Positions 44,124-51,670 of a stretch of 64,000 nt of DNA are shown one piece after another. A program made the position numbers and the translations under genes. The first letter of the stretch is position 1. Each line of letters starts with the position of its first letter. A model generated the notes under the pieces. The model saw only the letters and a list, made by a program, of their open reading frames with translations. It did no database searches and was not told where the DNA came from. Location: the sequence record MN871447.1, one strand, 5' to 3'.

Positions 44124-44426
44124 TTAGAACCCCGGTGTAGTTATCCAAAACCAAACTTCTTCGTAGATACGAAAAAATGTCGGCCACAGCAGTAGAGTCG
44201 TTCCCAAAACAAATGCGAAATTGTTTATTTTTTTCTTTAGGGGTAATCTTCGAAATAGATCAAGAATAAAAGACAGTATCATAAGGGCAAATAGTAAAGC
44301 AGCAAAAAGCAACATCCACTCCCCGACAACAGTGGTTGAGTAAAGGTTCATTTTCTTACTCCCTAGCACCAGTAAAAGATAGACCCCAATACCACCAACG
44401 CAGCAATAATGAAGGTTAATACCCAT
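44124..44426 (-). CDS. Small multi-TM membrane protein
   Basis: Hydrophobic segments; probable start MNLYSTT. Confidence 0.55.
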   Translation of the reverse strand: MGINLHYCCVGGIGVYLLLVLGSKKMNLYSTTVVGEWMLLFAALLFALMILSFILDLFRRLPLKKKINNFAFVLGTTLLLWPTFFRIYEEVWFWITTPGF

Positions 44427-44884
44427 TTATCGTGTAGAAAACTTCCTTTTGTTTTTCCCGCTGAAAAGGCTGGCTTCCCATCATTGAGTCGCCTTACGAT
44501 CGTCTCTACTTCGTAATAGTAATTTTCATACCGGTCAGAAATACCCTTCTCGTCGTAAAGTGAACCGTCCATTTTATATCTTAACGGTAGAAGGTTACGT
44601 GATAGAATATAACCGTCACTGTTTTTTATCACTGCCCATTTCGGTTCAATGGAAGGACTAGTACGCGGAAACAGTTTAATATCGGGACTTCGTTTTGCTT
44701 CGAGAACAAAAAACTTAGGTTCCTTACTCTCTTCTATCTTTATATCCCCACCTATTATTTCCACCATACCGTTATCCCCTGTTGAATGAGAAAACCGACA
44801 GAAAAAAGAAACCCTGCTAATATCATTCCCGCCGCGACTTGTAATACCGGGCTTTGATTGAAAACGACTTTTGCTTGGTTCCAT
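44363..44884 (-). CDS. C-terminally anchored protein, tandem paralog (probable start MVEII)
   Basis: KFF...PDIK...WAVIKNSDGYILSRNLLPLRY...RRLNDG plus C-terminal TM. Confidence 0.6.
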   Translation of the reverse strand: MEPSKSRFQSKPGITSRGGNDISRVSFFCRFSHSTGDNGMVEIIGGDIKIEESKEPKFFVLEAKRSPDIKLFPRTSPSIEPKWAVIKNSDGYILSRNLLPLRYKMDGSLYDEKGISDRYENYYYEVETIVRRLNDGKPAFSAGKTKGSFLHDKWVLTFIIAALVVLGSIFYWC

Positions 44885-45183
44885 CGAGTGTTACCAAAGC
44901 CTATTTCAAAACCCGTAATAACACGATTGTTTAAACGCTCTGCTTCTTTTTCTGCACCTTCTTTAAAACGATAAGCGAATAATTCCTGACAACCTAATGC
45001 ATCGGCTAGGTTTCCGTTCGGCCCCGGATAACACAACGGAAGTTCATTAGAAGAAATGACTGCGCCGTTGATATTCACGACAACCCAACTCCCCTTTACA
45101 TCTGGATGTTCAATCGCTCGAAAGAATTTTCTTTCGATGTAATAAAATTGAGGGCCCGAAGGCCCTCTTTTATTTTTTTCCAA
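44755..45183 (-). CDS. C-terminally anchored protein, tandem paralog
   Basis: TTG start with AGAGGA RBS; KFF...PDVK.SWVVVNINGAVISSNELPLCY...ERLNNR plus C-terminal TM. Confidence 0.6.
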   Translation of the reverse strand: MEKNKRGPSGPQFYYIERKFFRAIEHPDVKGSWVVVNINGAVISSNELPLCYPGPNGNLADALGCQELFAYRFKEGAEKEAERLNNRVITGFEIGFGNTRWNQAKVVFNQSPVLQVAAGMILAGFLFSVGFLIQQGITVWWK

Positions 45184-45204
45184 AAGGAATGTCCTCTTTA
45201 GAAC

Positions 45205-45792
45205 TTATTTAACGCCTGAGGAACCAAAGCCGTTAGTTCCGCGTTCTGACGATGCGCTGAACGCGGTCACCTCTTTCAAGTCCAGGTGCCAGATCGGTAC
45301 TACGATCAGTTGCGCGATACGGTCACCGGGGTTGATAGTGAACGGAACGTCAGAACGGTTCCAGGCGGGAATACCGATGATATTTTGGTAGTCGCTGTCG
45401 ATAATGCCTGTCAGGTTACCCAAAACAATTCCGTTCTTGTACCCTAACCCGGAGCGCGGATGGGTATTCAACATGAAGTTCGGGTTATTCAGGTGAATAG
45501 CAACACCGGAGGAAATCATCTTGCATTCTCCCGGATTCAGTACAAGAGGCTCATCGATTGCCGCTCGCAGATCAACTGCAGCAGAACCCGGGGTCGCGTA
45601 GCCCAGTTTACCCCATTCGGTCTCGTAGCGCGAGTCATGGTAGATAATTTCTGCCGGGATGAACTGACGCGGATCCGGGTCCGCGATATGAAAACGCTGA
45701 ACAGTATCAACGGTAGATCCCAGCTGGGAGTGGTGTACGATAGCCCCTGTTTCGGTCTTAAAATAATTCAGGATTTCTTTTGGCTCAGACAT
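45205..45792 (-). CDS. dut: Trimeric dUTPase with N-terminal extension
   Basis: GSAAVDL, PRSGLG, GIIDSDYQ, GDRIAQL, RGTNGFGSSG. Confidence 0.93.
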   Translation of the reverse strand: MSEPKEILNYFKTETGAIVHHSQLGSTVDTVQRFHIADPDPRQFIPAEIIYHDSRYETEWGKLGYATPGSAAVDLRAAIDEPLVLNPGECKMISSGVAIHLNNPNFMLNTHPRSGLGYKNGIVLGNLTGIIDSDYQNIIGIPAWNRSDVPFTINPGDRIAQLIVVPIWHLDLKEVTAFSASSERGTNGFGSSGVK

Positions 45793-45861
45793 TTTTAAAC
45801 TCTCTTAGGTTATTACGGTGATTAATCAAACAAAGTCGGCATGCCGTTGAAAAATATAGCC

Positions 45862-45885
45862 GGGAGAGAGCCGTAGCCCTCTCCC
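45862..45885 (-). terminator. Terminator hairpin with cUACGg tetraloop
   Basis: Minus strand GGGAGAGGGC-TACG-GCTCTCTCCC after tail-fibre gene stop. Confidence 0.7.
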
Positions 45886-45892
45886 TAAACTA

Positions 45893-47962
45893 TTAAGCGG
45901 TTTCGTAATCAGTAATCTGACGACTGGTGTAAATGAACCGGTAAGGGTTAGGTTTGCTGTACTGTGCTGCCGCACCGATCGGCGTATTGTAGAGATGAAT
46001 CTCGCCGCTTCCGTACGTTTGGAAGCTGGACTTCACGCCGTTGTCGTAACTACAGCTGTAGAAGTAAGACGCCCCTCTACCGTAAACGTTAGAACCTACC
46101 GTATCTTTCCCGACGACATACAATGCACCTTTAATGCTGTCGGTGCTTTGGTTGCCGCTGGCGATCGTTTCGAGGTGAGCCACGAAGGTATTCAGTCCGT
46201 ACTCTTCGATAGGGTAACCGTCTACATTTCGGTAAGTCGATTTGAATCGAATCCCGATTACACCCGGCCCTACTAACGACCCACGTTTTTGTCCATTACC
46301 CGAACCGAAGTGATTCTCGGATACGCAACTGACTTCGAGGAACGTGCCTTGTACCCCCAACGGAATTGTCTGACGGTCACTGCCGTGATAGGTACCGTAA
46401 GTCCCGCCGTTACTGAAATGGCAATCTTGAGAGAAGACCTCAGCCCCGTAGTTGTTCAGGCACGCCGTTGAACAGGTTCCGGTAACCTCCACGCCCTTCA
46501 ACCATAAAGACGGTTTCGCATTGATCGCCACAGACTCAGCACCCAAACCAATGTCGGTATCAGAGACTTTCACATTGGAGACGTAAATTGTACTGTTCCC
46601 AGTGAAATTCAGCCCCGTGTTCCTCACAACGACTTTAACGTTACTGTCAGGTTTACGGCTATTCGACGTCTGAACAATAATCGCAGTGGACGTCACGCAG
46701 TAGCTTCCTACTGTGGCCACTACCGCAGCAGGACCGTCTACTTCCACTAAGCGTTTAGGTAACCCGTTACTGTCTAACGTACCGTAATCAAAGACACCGG
46801 CGATACTTAGACCCGTTGCTAAATATTGATAGACAACGTTAGAGTCGGAGTAAAGCGACCAGTTAGTGATCCCCAGATCGCCCGTAAAGGTCGGTACGGT
46901 GCCACCGGTGCCATAGATACCGATCTTACGGTCATTCACTGTACGTTGAACGAAGAACGGTTTAGAGCCCTTCACGACGATACTGGTGGCAATAGGTGAT
47001 TTATCAATCGCAGCGTTAAGGGTTTTCAGTGGTTTAGCTTCACTTCCGTCATTCCCGTCTGCACCGAGATCAGAGTCAACGTAGTAGACCATCCCGTAGG
47101 GGAAGTACCATTCGCTCAGATCAAAGTCGGTTGAGAATCGCATCAGTCCCTGGGCCAACGCTCCCTCGTAAGGGAAGACCGCAGCGAGTGGATCAAAAAC
47201 CGCAGGGAGTTTAGGAACCACCGGCAAACAGTTATTTGCACTGTCGTAACTGGTCTCGTAAGAAGGGCCGGTCAGTTCCAGTAATTGCCCAGCGCGGAAA
47301 CGCGCCACTGTATTACCCGATTGTAGCGAACTTTGAGTCATTGACAACGACCCGTCATTCCCTAAAATAACCCCAGTATTCGAGGTAGTCGGTGAGAAAC
47401 TCCCTTGTTTCCCAACCACAAAGTTTTCACCGTTAACTCGGCTCTTCCCGGAGAGCGTAAAGATTTTACCGTCTGACTGATAAAGTTGGTACGGGGTGCG
47501 GAGCCAATCGCGAATCGTGGTTTCCTGACCGAAATAAACTTCGAGTGTCCCGATGTACATCAATGAACTGGCAACGGCTTTCAATGTATAGACACCGATT
47601 GTGGTCGTCAACGCAGTGGGAATGAAGGTTTCCATTTTGATATCGGTCATGTCCAGCTGTAGACCGTACAACGTATTCAAACGGTCAACAATATCTTCAG
47701 TCGTGAATATTCCGGCGGTAGACATGAACACCACGGGCTCGGTCAGGACTTTATTGAGATTGACCCGGTTGTAATCAAAGACTGCTGAATCACGGTAGTC
47801 ACCTGCATCGGTCGCTACCGCGGTGATACGCGTGTTAAAATTCCCGGTCGTCAGGGCAGTGAGGTTGATGAAATCCAAATCGCTTTCTTTAAAAAAGGCG
47901 TCGTACTGCGTGTTCAGCTGACGAACCAGAAGCGCTTTACTTTTTAACGAGAAATCTGTCAT
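45893..47962 (-). CDS. Virion structural/tail-fibre protein with C-terminal right-handed beta-helix
   Basis: N-terminus resembles phiKZ-type virion anchor (NTRITA...FDYNRVNL..VL); YYVDSDLGADGNDGSEAKPLKTL starts a DUF1565/PL9-like beta-helix; paralog of 47979-50039. Confidence 0.7.
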   Translation of the reverse strand: MTDFSLKSKALLVRQLNTQYDAFFKESDLDFINLTALTTGNFNTRITAVATDAGDYRDSAVFDYNRVNLNKVLTEPVVFMSTAGIFTTEDIVDRLNTLYGLQLDMTDIKMETFIPTALTTTIGVYTLKAVASSLMYIGTLEVYFGQETTIRDWLRTPYQLYQSDGKIFTLSGKSRVNGENFVVGKQGSFSPTTSNTGVILGNDGSLSMTQSSLQSGNTVARFRAGQLLELTGPSYETSYDSANNCLPVVPKLPAVFDPLAAVFPYEGALAQGLMRFSTDFDLSEWYFPYGMVYYVDSDLGADGNDGSEAKPLKTLNAAIDKSPIATSIVVKGSKPFFVQRTVNDRKIGIYGTGGTVPTFTGDLGITNWSLYSDSNVVYQYLATGLSIAGVFDYGTLDSNGLPKRLVEVDGPAAVVATVGSYCVTSTAIIVQTSNSRKPDSNVKVVVRNTGLNFTGNSTIYVSNVKVSDTDIGLGAESVAINAKPSLWLKGVEVTGTCSTACLNNYGAEVFSQDCHFSNGGTYGTYHGSDRQTIPLGVQGTFLEVSCVSENHFGSGNGQKRGSLVGPGVIGIRFKSTYRNVDGYPIEEYGLNTFVAHLETIASGNQSTDSIKGALYVVGKDTVGSNVYGRGASYFYSCSYDNGVKSSFQTYGSGEIHLYNTPIGAAAQYSKPNPYRFIYTSRQITDYETA

Positions 47963-47978
47963 TTTAAATTCGCCCCAG

Positions 47979-50039
47979 TTAAGCGGTATAAATGAATTGA
48001 TACGGGGTCAGAAGCTGCGTGGCCGGTTTAGTGCCAATGTCGGTATCGAACAGGGCGATTTTCCCTACTCCGTTTGGAATGAACGAGAACGCCGAGTTAT
48101 CCCCTTTACAACTCCAGTACTGAGCCGATGCAGTGGTCGTCGCATTCGCGCCGGTGGTAAAGTGCGCCAGATTACTCAACGTGTTCGTCACGTTATTGGA
48201 CTGGCAAGCGATATTCACCGAGAACGTTCCTTCACCGGAGTCTTTGACGTGAGAACCGTCACAATGGCTGTATACGGAGTTCAGACGCAGGATTGTCCCG
48301 TATGCAGAGAGACCGGAGGCCGCAGAGGTATGGTTACTGTCAAAGCCACAGTAGCTGACCGTTGCTCTATTCTCCACGATCCAATACTTACTGTTCATCG
48401 CAGGTAATACACGGTCACTGTTGTAACTGAATCCGCCACTGAAACCAAATTGTGCAACACAGTCTTGATGTGCAACGTTATAACCGTAGCTTCCGAAGGA
48501 TGGACCCTTGAACGTCCACCCGAACCGACAGGCGTTCATGTACAGATATCCGTAGGTTCTCGGTGTGGTCATGTCCGCGATAAAGCCGTTGTAGGAGAGA
48601 TCAAAATTACATTTCTCCATGAACACGTTACCCGCATCGGCGACTGACCCTGAGAGAGTTTTTGCAATCAGGTAAACATTACTGTCTGGTTTGCGGCTAT
48701 CGGTTAATCGAACGTAGACCCGATTATTGGTGTTGTCGATGTAATAAGAGTGCGGGGTGTTCGCACAGTCAGCAATCGAGGTCTTAGCAGTCATTCTCCC
48801 GTACCCGGCATCACTGTATACCGTTTTGTCTACCACGGCAGCAATGTCACTGATTTTACTGTACCAAGTGTTGGCATCGTACCCTGACCAATCGGTACTT
48901 TGACGGGTGGAGGTAAAGATAGGGTTAACGTCCCCGTAACCAATAATGTCAACTGTACGTTGGCGGATAGTCTGTGTCCAGCCAGAATCGGCGTCGTAGT
49001 AAAGATCCGCGTAACCTTTTACGCGAATAACTCTGGCAGCAGGTAATCTGTTTATCGCACGACGGAAGGTTTTGAACGCGGTCGCTGCGGTCGAACCGTC
49101 ATTGGTATCGGAACCGTCTTTAATATCAACGAAGACCACTGTACCTGTACCGGCACGTTTACTGGTGACGTCGAAGCCCAAAGAGTAGGTCAACGTCCCT
49201 TCATTCAAGGACGCTGTCAATCCTAACGTTTCAGGGATCACTGCAAGTTGAGACGGTAACATCGGCACTTTAGGAAGCAAGTTACCCGTGGCGTCGTAAG
49301 ACGTTTCACCGTTGACTCCTAAGGTCTCCAGTAGACGACCATTGCGGAAGCGTCCTATCAACGTGTTCTTGCTGTTTGGGTGATAGTCGATTGCCGGGAT
49401 AATATTCCCAGTAGGAGAAAGATAAAGCGCAGTTAACCCGGAACGTTGCGAAATAGTACGGCTGACGTCAACGATGTCTTTCCCAGCCAGTTTCCAGTGA
49501 CCGCCTAAAAAGCTGAGGGTGTTATAGTCACTTCCCACGGTAAACTGTAACGCATTGAAATACTGGTAAACCGCCTCTTGTTTGCCGAGATAGATAGTTA
49601 CGCTACCGGTGTACACGAGGTGGTTATCTACCACGCTGACTGTGATCTTTCTGACGCCAGTGGCAATGTCGTCGGGGCGATACGGGCCATCTACAAGATC
49701 AGTGGTAGTTAGGGCGAGTTGGTATTTCTCGTTCAGGTACGGAATTAAATCAACGATACGAGAAAGGTTATAGTCTTCCAGTTGACAATAAGGTCGGGCC
49801 AATAGCGTTTTAAAGCTCAGGCGATTATACTGTAATGTTACACCGAGCGATTGTAGGGACGAGCCGTTAGTGACGTTAATCGTCGTATTCAATCCGTTAA
49901 CGACGGTGGTGTTAACTGCGGGTGTACCTAACGAGATTGACGAAGTCGTGTACATTGTCCCGTTTGCTTCGTTAATCAGGTCAACGGCAATCTGTTTTGG
50001 GGTCTGTTTTAAATCAACCATTTTCAATTCATCCCTCAT
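47979..50039 (-). CDS. Virion structural/tail-fibre protein with C-terminal right-handed beta-helix
   Basis: LINEANG...LGTP...NTTINV...YNRLSF anchor; VFVDIKDGSDTNDGSTAATAFKT; shares RFRxGxLLE, ETSYD and SRKPDSNV with 45893-47962. Confidence 0.7.
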   Translation of the reverse strand: MRDELKMVDLKQTPKQIAVDLINEANGTMYTTSSISLGTPAVNTTVVNGLNTTINVTNGSSLQSLGVTLQYNRLSFKTLLARPYCQLEDYNLSRIVDLIPYLNEKYQLALTTTDLVDGPYRPDDIATGVRKITVSVVDNHLVYTGSVTIYLGKQEAVYQYFNALQFTVGSDYNTLSFLGGHWKLAGKDIVDVSRTISQRSGLTALYLSPTGNIIPAIDYHPNSKNTLIGRFRNGRLLETLGVNGETSYDATGNLLPKVPMLPSQLAVIPETLGLTASLNEGTLTYSLGFDVTSKRAGTGTVVFVDIKDGSDTNDGSTAATAFKTFRRAINRLPAARVIRVKGYADLYYDADSGWTQTIRQRTVDIIGYGDVNPIFTSTRQSTDWSGYDANTWYSKISDIAAVVDKTVYSDAGYGRMTAKTSIADCANTPHSYYIDNTNNRVYVRLTDSRKPDSNVYLIAKTLSGSVADAGNVFMEKCNFDLSYNGFIADMTTPRTYGYLYMNACRFGWTFKGPSFGSYGYNVAHQDCVAQFGFSGGFSYNSDRVLPAMNSKYWIVENRATVSYCGFDSNHTSAASGLSAYGTILRLNSVYSHCDGSHVKDSGEGTFSVNIACQSNNVTNTLSNLAHFTTGANATTTASAQYWSCKGDNSAFSFIPNGVGKIALFDTDIGTKPATQLLTPYQFIYTA

Positions 50040-50062
50040 TATACGGGGCGGTTAAAGTACGA

Positions 50063-50072
50063 GTCATAGAAA
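50063..50072 (-). promoter_or_regulatory. Putative late promoter TTTCTATGAC
   Basis: Same motif recurs at 50904, 58001 and 60272; TATG core as in phiKZ late promoters. Confidence 0.5.
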
Positions 50073-50111
50073 GGTTTTGGGACAAAAAAGAAAAGCGCGA
50101 GAAGGAGACAA

Positions 50112-50143
50112 CAGGAGAAGAGAGCGTCTGCTCTCTTCTCCTG
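50112..50143 (-). terminator. Terminator hairpin
   Basis: 14-bp stem CAGGAGAAGAGAGC/GCTCTCTTCTCCTG. Confidence 0.8.
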
Positions 50144-50147
50144 GGAA

Positions 50148-50555
50148 TTATTCATCGTCTTCGAAGTCTTCCGGTACAGATTGGTAATCGTCATCGTCGT
50201 AGTCGTCCCAATCCTCTTCCTCGCTGTCGTCAAGTTCATCGATGATCTTGTTGTCAGCTTCTTCCATGAACCAGCCTTTCTCAGCCAGTGTAGCAGCAAA
50301 GACGTTGTTCCCTTCTTCGATCAGCGTTTCGGTCACCGCCCCTGAGTCATTCTCAGTAACGGCAACCACCGTGAGTTCTTCGCCGTCAGCGGTCTTATCG
50401 TTGACATCCGTTTTATAGAGTTCAAACCCTAACTGTTCGTTGACACTTTCTAATGTTTCAGAAAGGTCGAGTGGGTCAACCGGACGACCGTCGTTGTCGA
50501 TGACTTCGAAAGTCTCTTCGTCGGTACTGAATTTCAGGATAGTGCGATTTGTCAT
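50148..50555 (-). CDS. Highly acidic protein
   Basis: 135 aa, D/E-rich throughout, ends DDSEEEDWDDYDDDDYQSVPEDFEDDE. Confidence 0.7.
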   Translation of the reverse strand: MTNRTILKFSTDEETFEVIDNDGRPVDPLDLSETLESVNEQLGFELYKTDVNDKTADGEELTVVAVTENDSGAVTETLIEEGNNVFAATLAEKGWFMEEADNKIIDELDDSEEEDWDDYDDDDYQSVPEDFEDDE

Positions 50556-50881
50556 TTCCAGTCCTCCTGGGTGCGTTTAATAAAGAGTGCGTCAACGACA
50601 GTCAGATCGACAGGGATCAGCTCAGTCGCCGCATGGGGTTGTATAAAGTAAAGCGTCAGAGTTGTGTCGTTGGTGAGTTTTCCAACCACGTTGTAAAGAA
50701 CACCGTTGTACATTCCGGATGTGCCGGTTTTCAGATTGAGTGCAACAATGAGTTGTCGTCCCAGTAAATCGCAGTTGTTACCAGGGTAAGTGTCGCGGAG
50801 TTTAAAGAGTACTCGACCCACCTTTTCTTGCCATTCTTTCATTAACACATTGAGAATCGTTTCTCTTGTAATAACCTGCAT
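50552..50881 (-). CDS. Hypothetical protein (start MQVITRE)
   Basis: AAGGA RBS before ATG 50881; the longer track ORF runs through the promoter motif. Confidence 0.6.
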   Translation of the reverse strand: MQVITRETILNVLMKEWQEKVGRVLFKLRDTYPGNNCDLLGRQLIVALNLKTGTSGMYNGVLYNVVGKLTNDTTLTLYFIQPHAATELIPVDLTVVDALFIKRTQEDWK

Positions 50882-50903
50882 CTTGTCTTCCTTATTGGTC
50901 GTT

Positions 50904-50913
50904 ATCATAGAAA
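50904..50913 (-). promoter_or_regulatory. Putative late promoter TTTCTATGAT
   Basis: Matches late motif; 22 bp upstream of the MQVITRE start. Confidence 0.45.
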
Positions 50914-51002
50914 GTTTACTTAAAAATAGATTTGGGGTAGTCAAGAAAAACAGGCGGTATATTGCTATGTTAACACCTAAAATGAACAAGGCATAAGTAG
51001 CG

Positions 51003-51215
51003 ATGAACTATTCAATCATTCCCACCACAGCGCAAAAGATTGTTGAGATTACCCGCAGTAAAATTGACCCGAATGCGGTCACGCTCATTTTCGAAGACGG
51101 GGCAAACGAAACATTTCTGGATTGGTTTGTCCAGAAACATAAACCAGCAATCGGTCGTTTTCTGGCCAAAGACACCGACGGTTTCCTGCACGTAGTAGAC
51201 ACGATCGACGCTTAA
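51003..51215 (+). CDS. Only credible plus-strand gene; small phage hypothetical protein
   Basis: Occupies its own space (overlapping minus ORF is weak); LIFEDG...WFVQKHKPAIG...DG resembles a known small phage family; ends at a bidirectional hairpin. Confidence 0.65.
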   Translation: MNYSIIPTTAQKIVEITRSKIDPNAVTLIFEDGANETFLDWFVQKHKPAIGRFLAKDTDGFLHVVDTIDA

Positions 51216-51223
51216 AAGAACAC

Positions 51224-51256
51224 AGAAAGGAAAGGGGTTAGTCCCCTTTCCTTTCT
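51224..51256. terminator. Bidirectional terminator between convergent genes
   Basis: 14-bp stem AGAAAGGAAAGGGG/CCCCTTTCCTTTCT. Confidence 0.8.
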
Positions 51257-51500
51257 AGTCTATATTGTTTTTCAGGATGTCTTCGGCAGGGTAGAAATGA
51301 TCTTCTACGATTTTACCGAATTGATGGGCGCCAGTGAGTGCGTTTTCTACGGGGGTGATGTAAGCGGCTTTATTGTCCCACGGCGGGAGAAGCTCTGAGA
51401 GCAACAGTGCGGCTTCGTTTAATAAAGGTAGGTTCTCGTCAGGGACGAATGAGATTGTCTCTTGTAGGCTCTCTAAGAGCGCTATACGGGGAGTAAACAT
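51255..51500 (-). CDS. Hypothetical protein
   Basis: 81 aa, AAGGG RBS; lies downstream of the structured leader/ncRNA. Confidence 0.6.
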   Translation of the reverse strand: MFTPRIALLESLQETISFVPDENLPLLNEAALLLSELLPPWDNKAAYITPVENALTGAHQFGKIVEDHFYPAEDILKNNID

Positions 51501-51517
51501 AGTTGACCCTTAAAGGT

Positions 51518-51637
51518 GAAATAAGACAGGGACCGAAGTCCCCGAACTTATAAATTAAAATGAATGTCTCGTTATTAACCGGCACTGTGAGAAACGGTTA
51601 AATAGGAGTAATCGGAGGGTGTCTTATTTCCTCTTCA
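51518..51637 (-). ncRNA. Candidate structured small RNA or attenuator leader
   Basis: Early promoter at 5' end; no ORF; 11-bp end-to-end stem (51620-51630 with 51518-51528); internal stem TTAACCG/CGGTTAA; GGGAC-TTCG-GTCCC hairpin. Confidence 0.5.
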
Positions 51638-51658
51638 CAATTGTAATATAGATGTGAA
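51636..51658 (-). promoter_or_regulatory. Putative phage early promoter, copy 8 (TATTAC variant)
   Basis: TTCACATCTATATTACAATTGTG fits every consensus position. Confidence 0.7.
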
Positions 51659-51670
51659 AAAGAATCGAGA

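Noticed and set aside
50039-50299. 86-aa minus-strand ORF
   Set aside because: Alternative frame over the acidic gene that runs through a terminator and promoter motif
51518-51637. Candidate RNA as a tRNA, Y RNA or 6S RNA
   Set aside because: No TTCGAAT T-loop, anticodon arm or long 6S-type duplex with central bubble; left as an unclassified candidate
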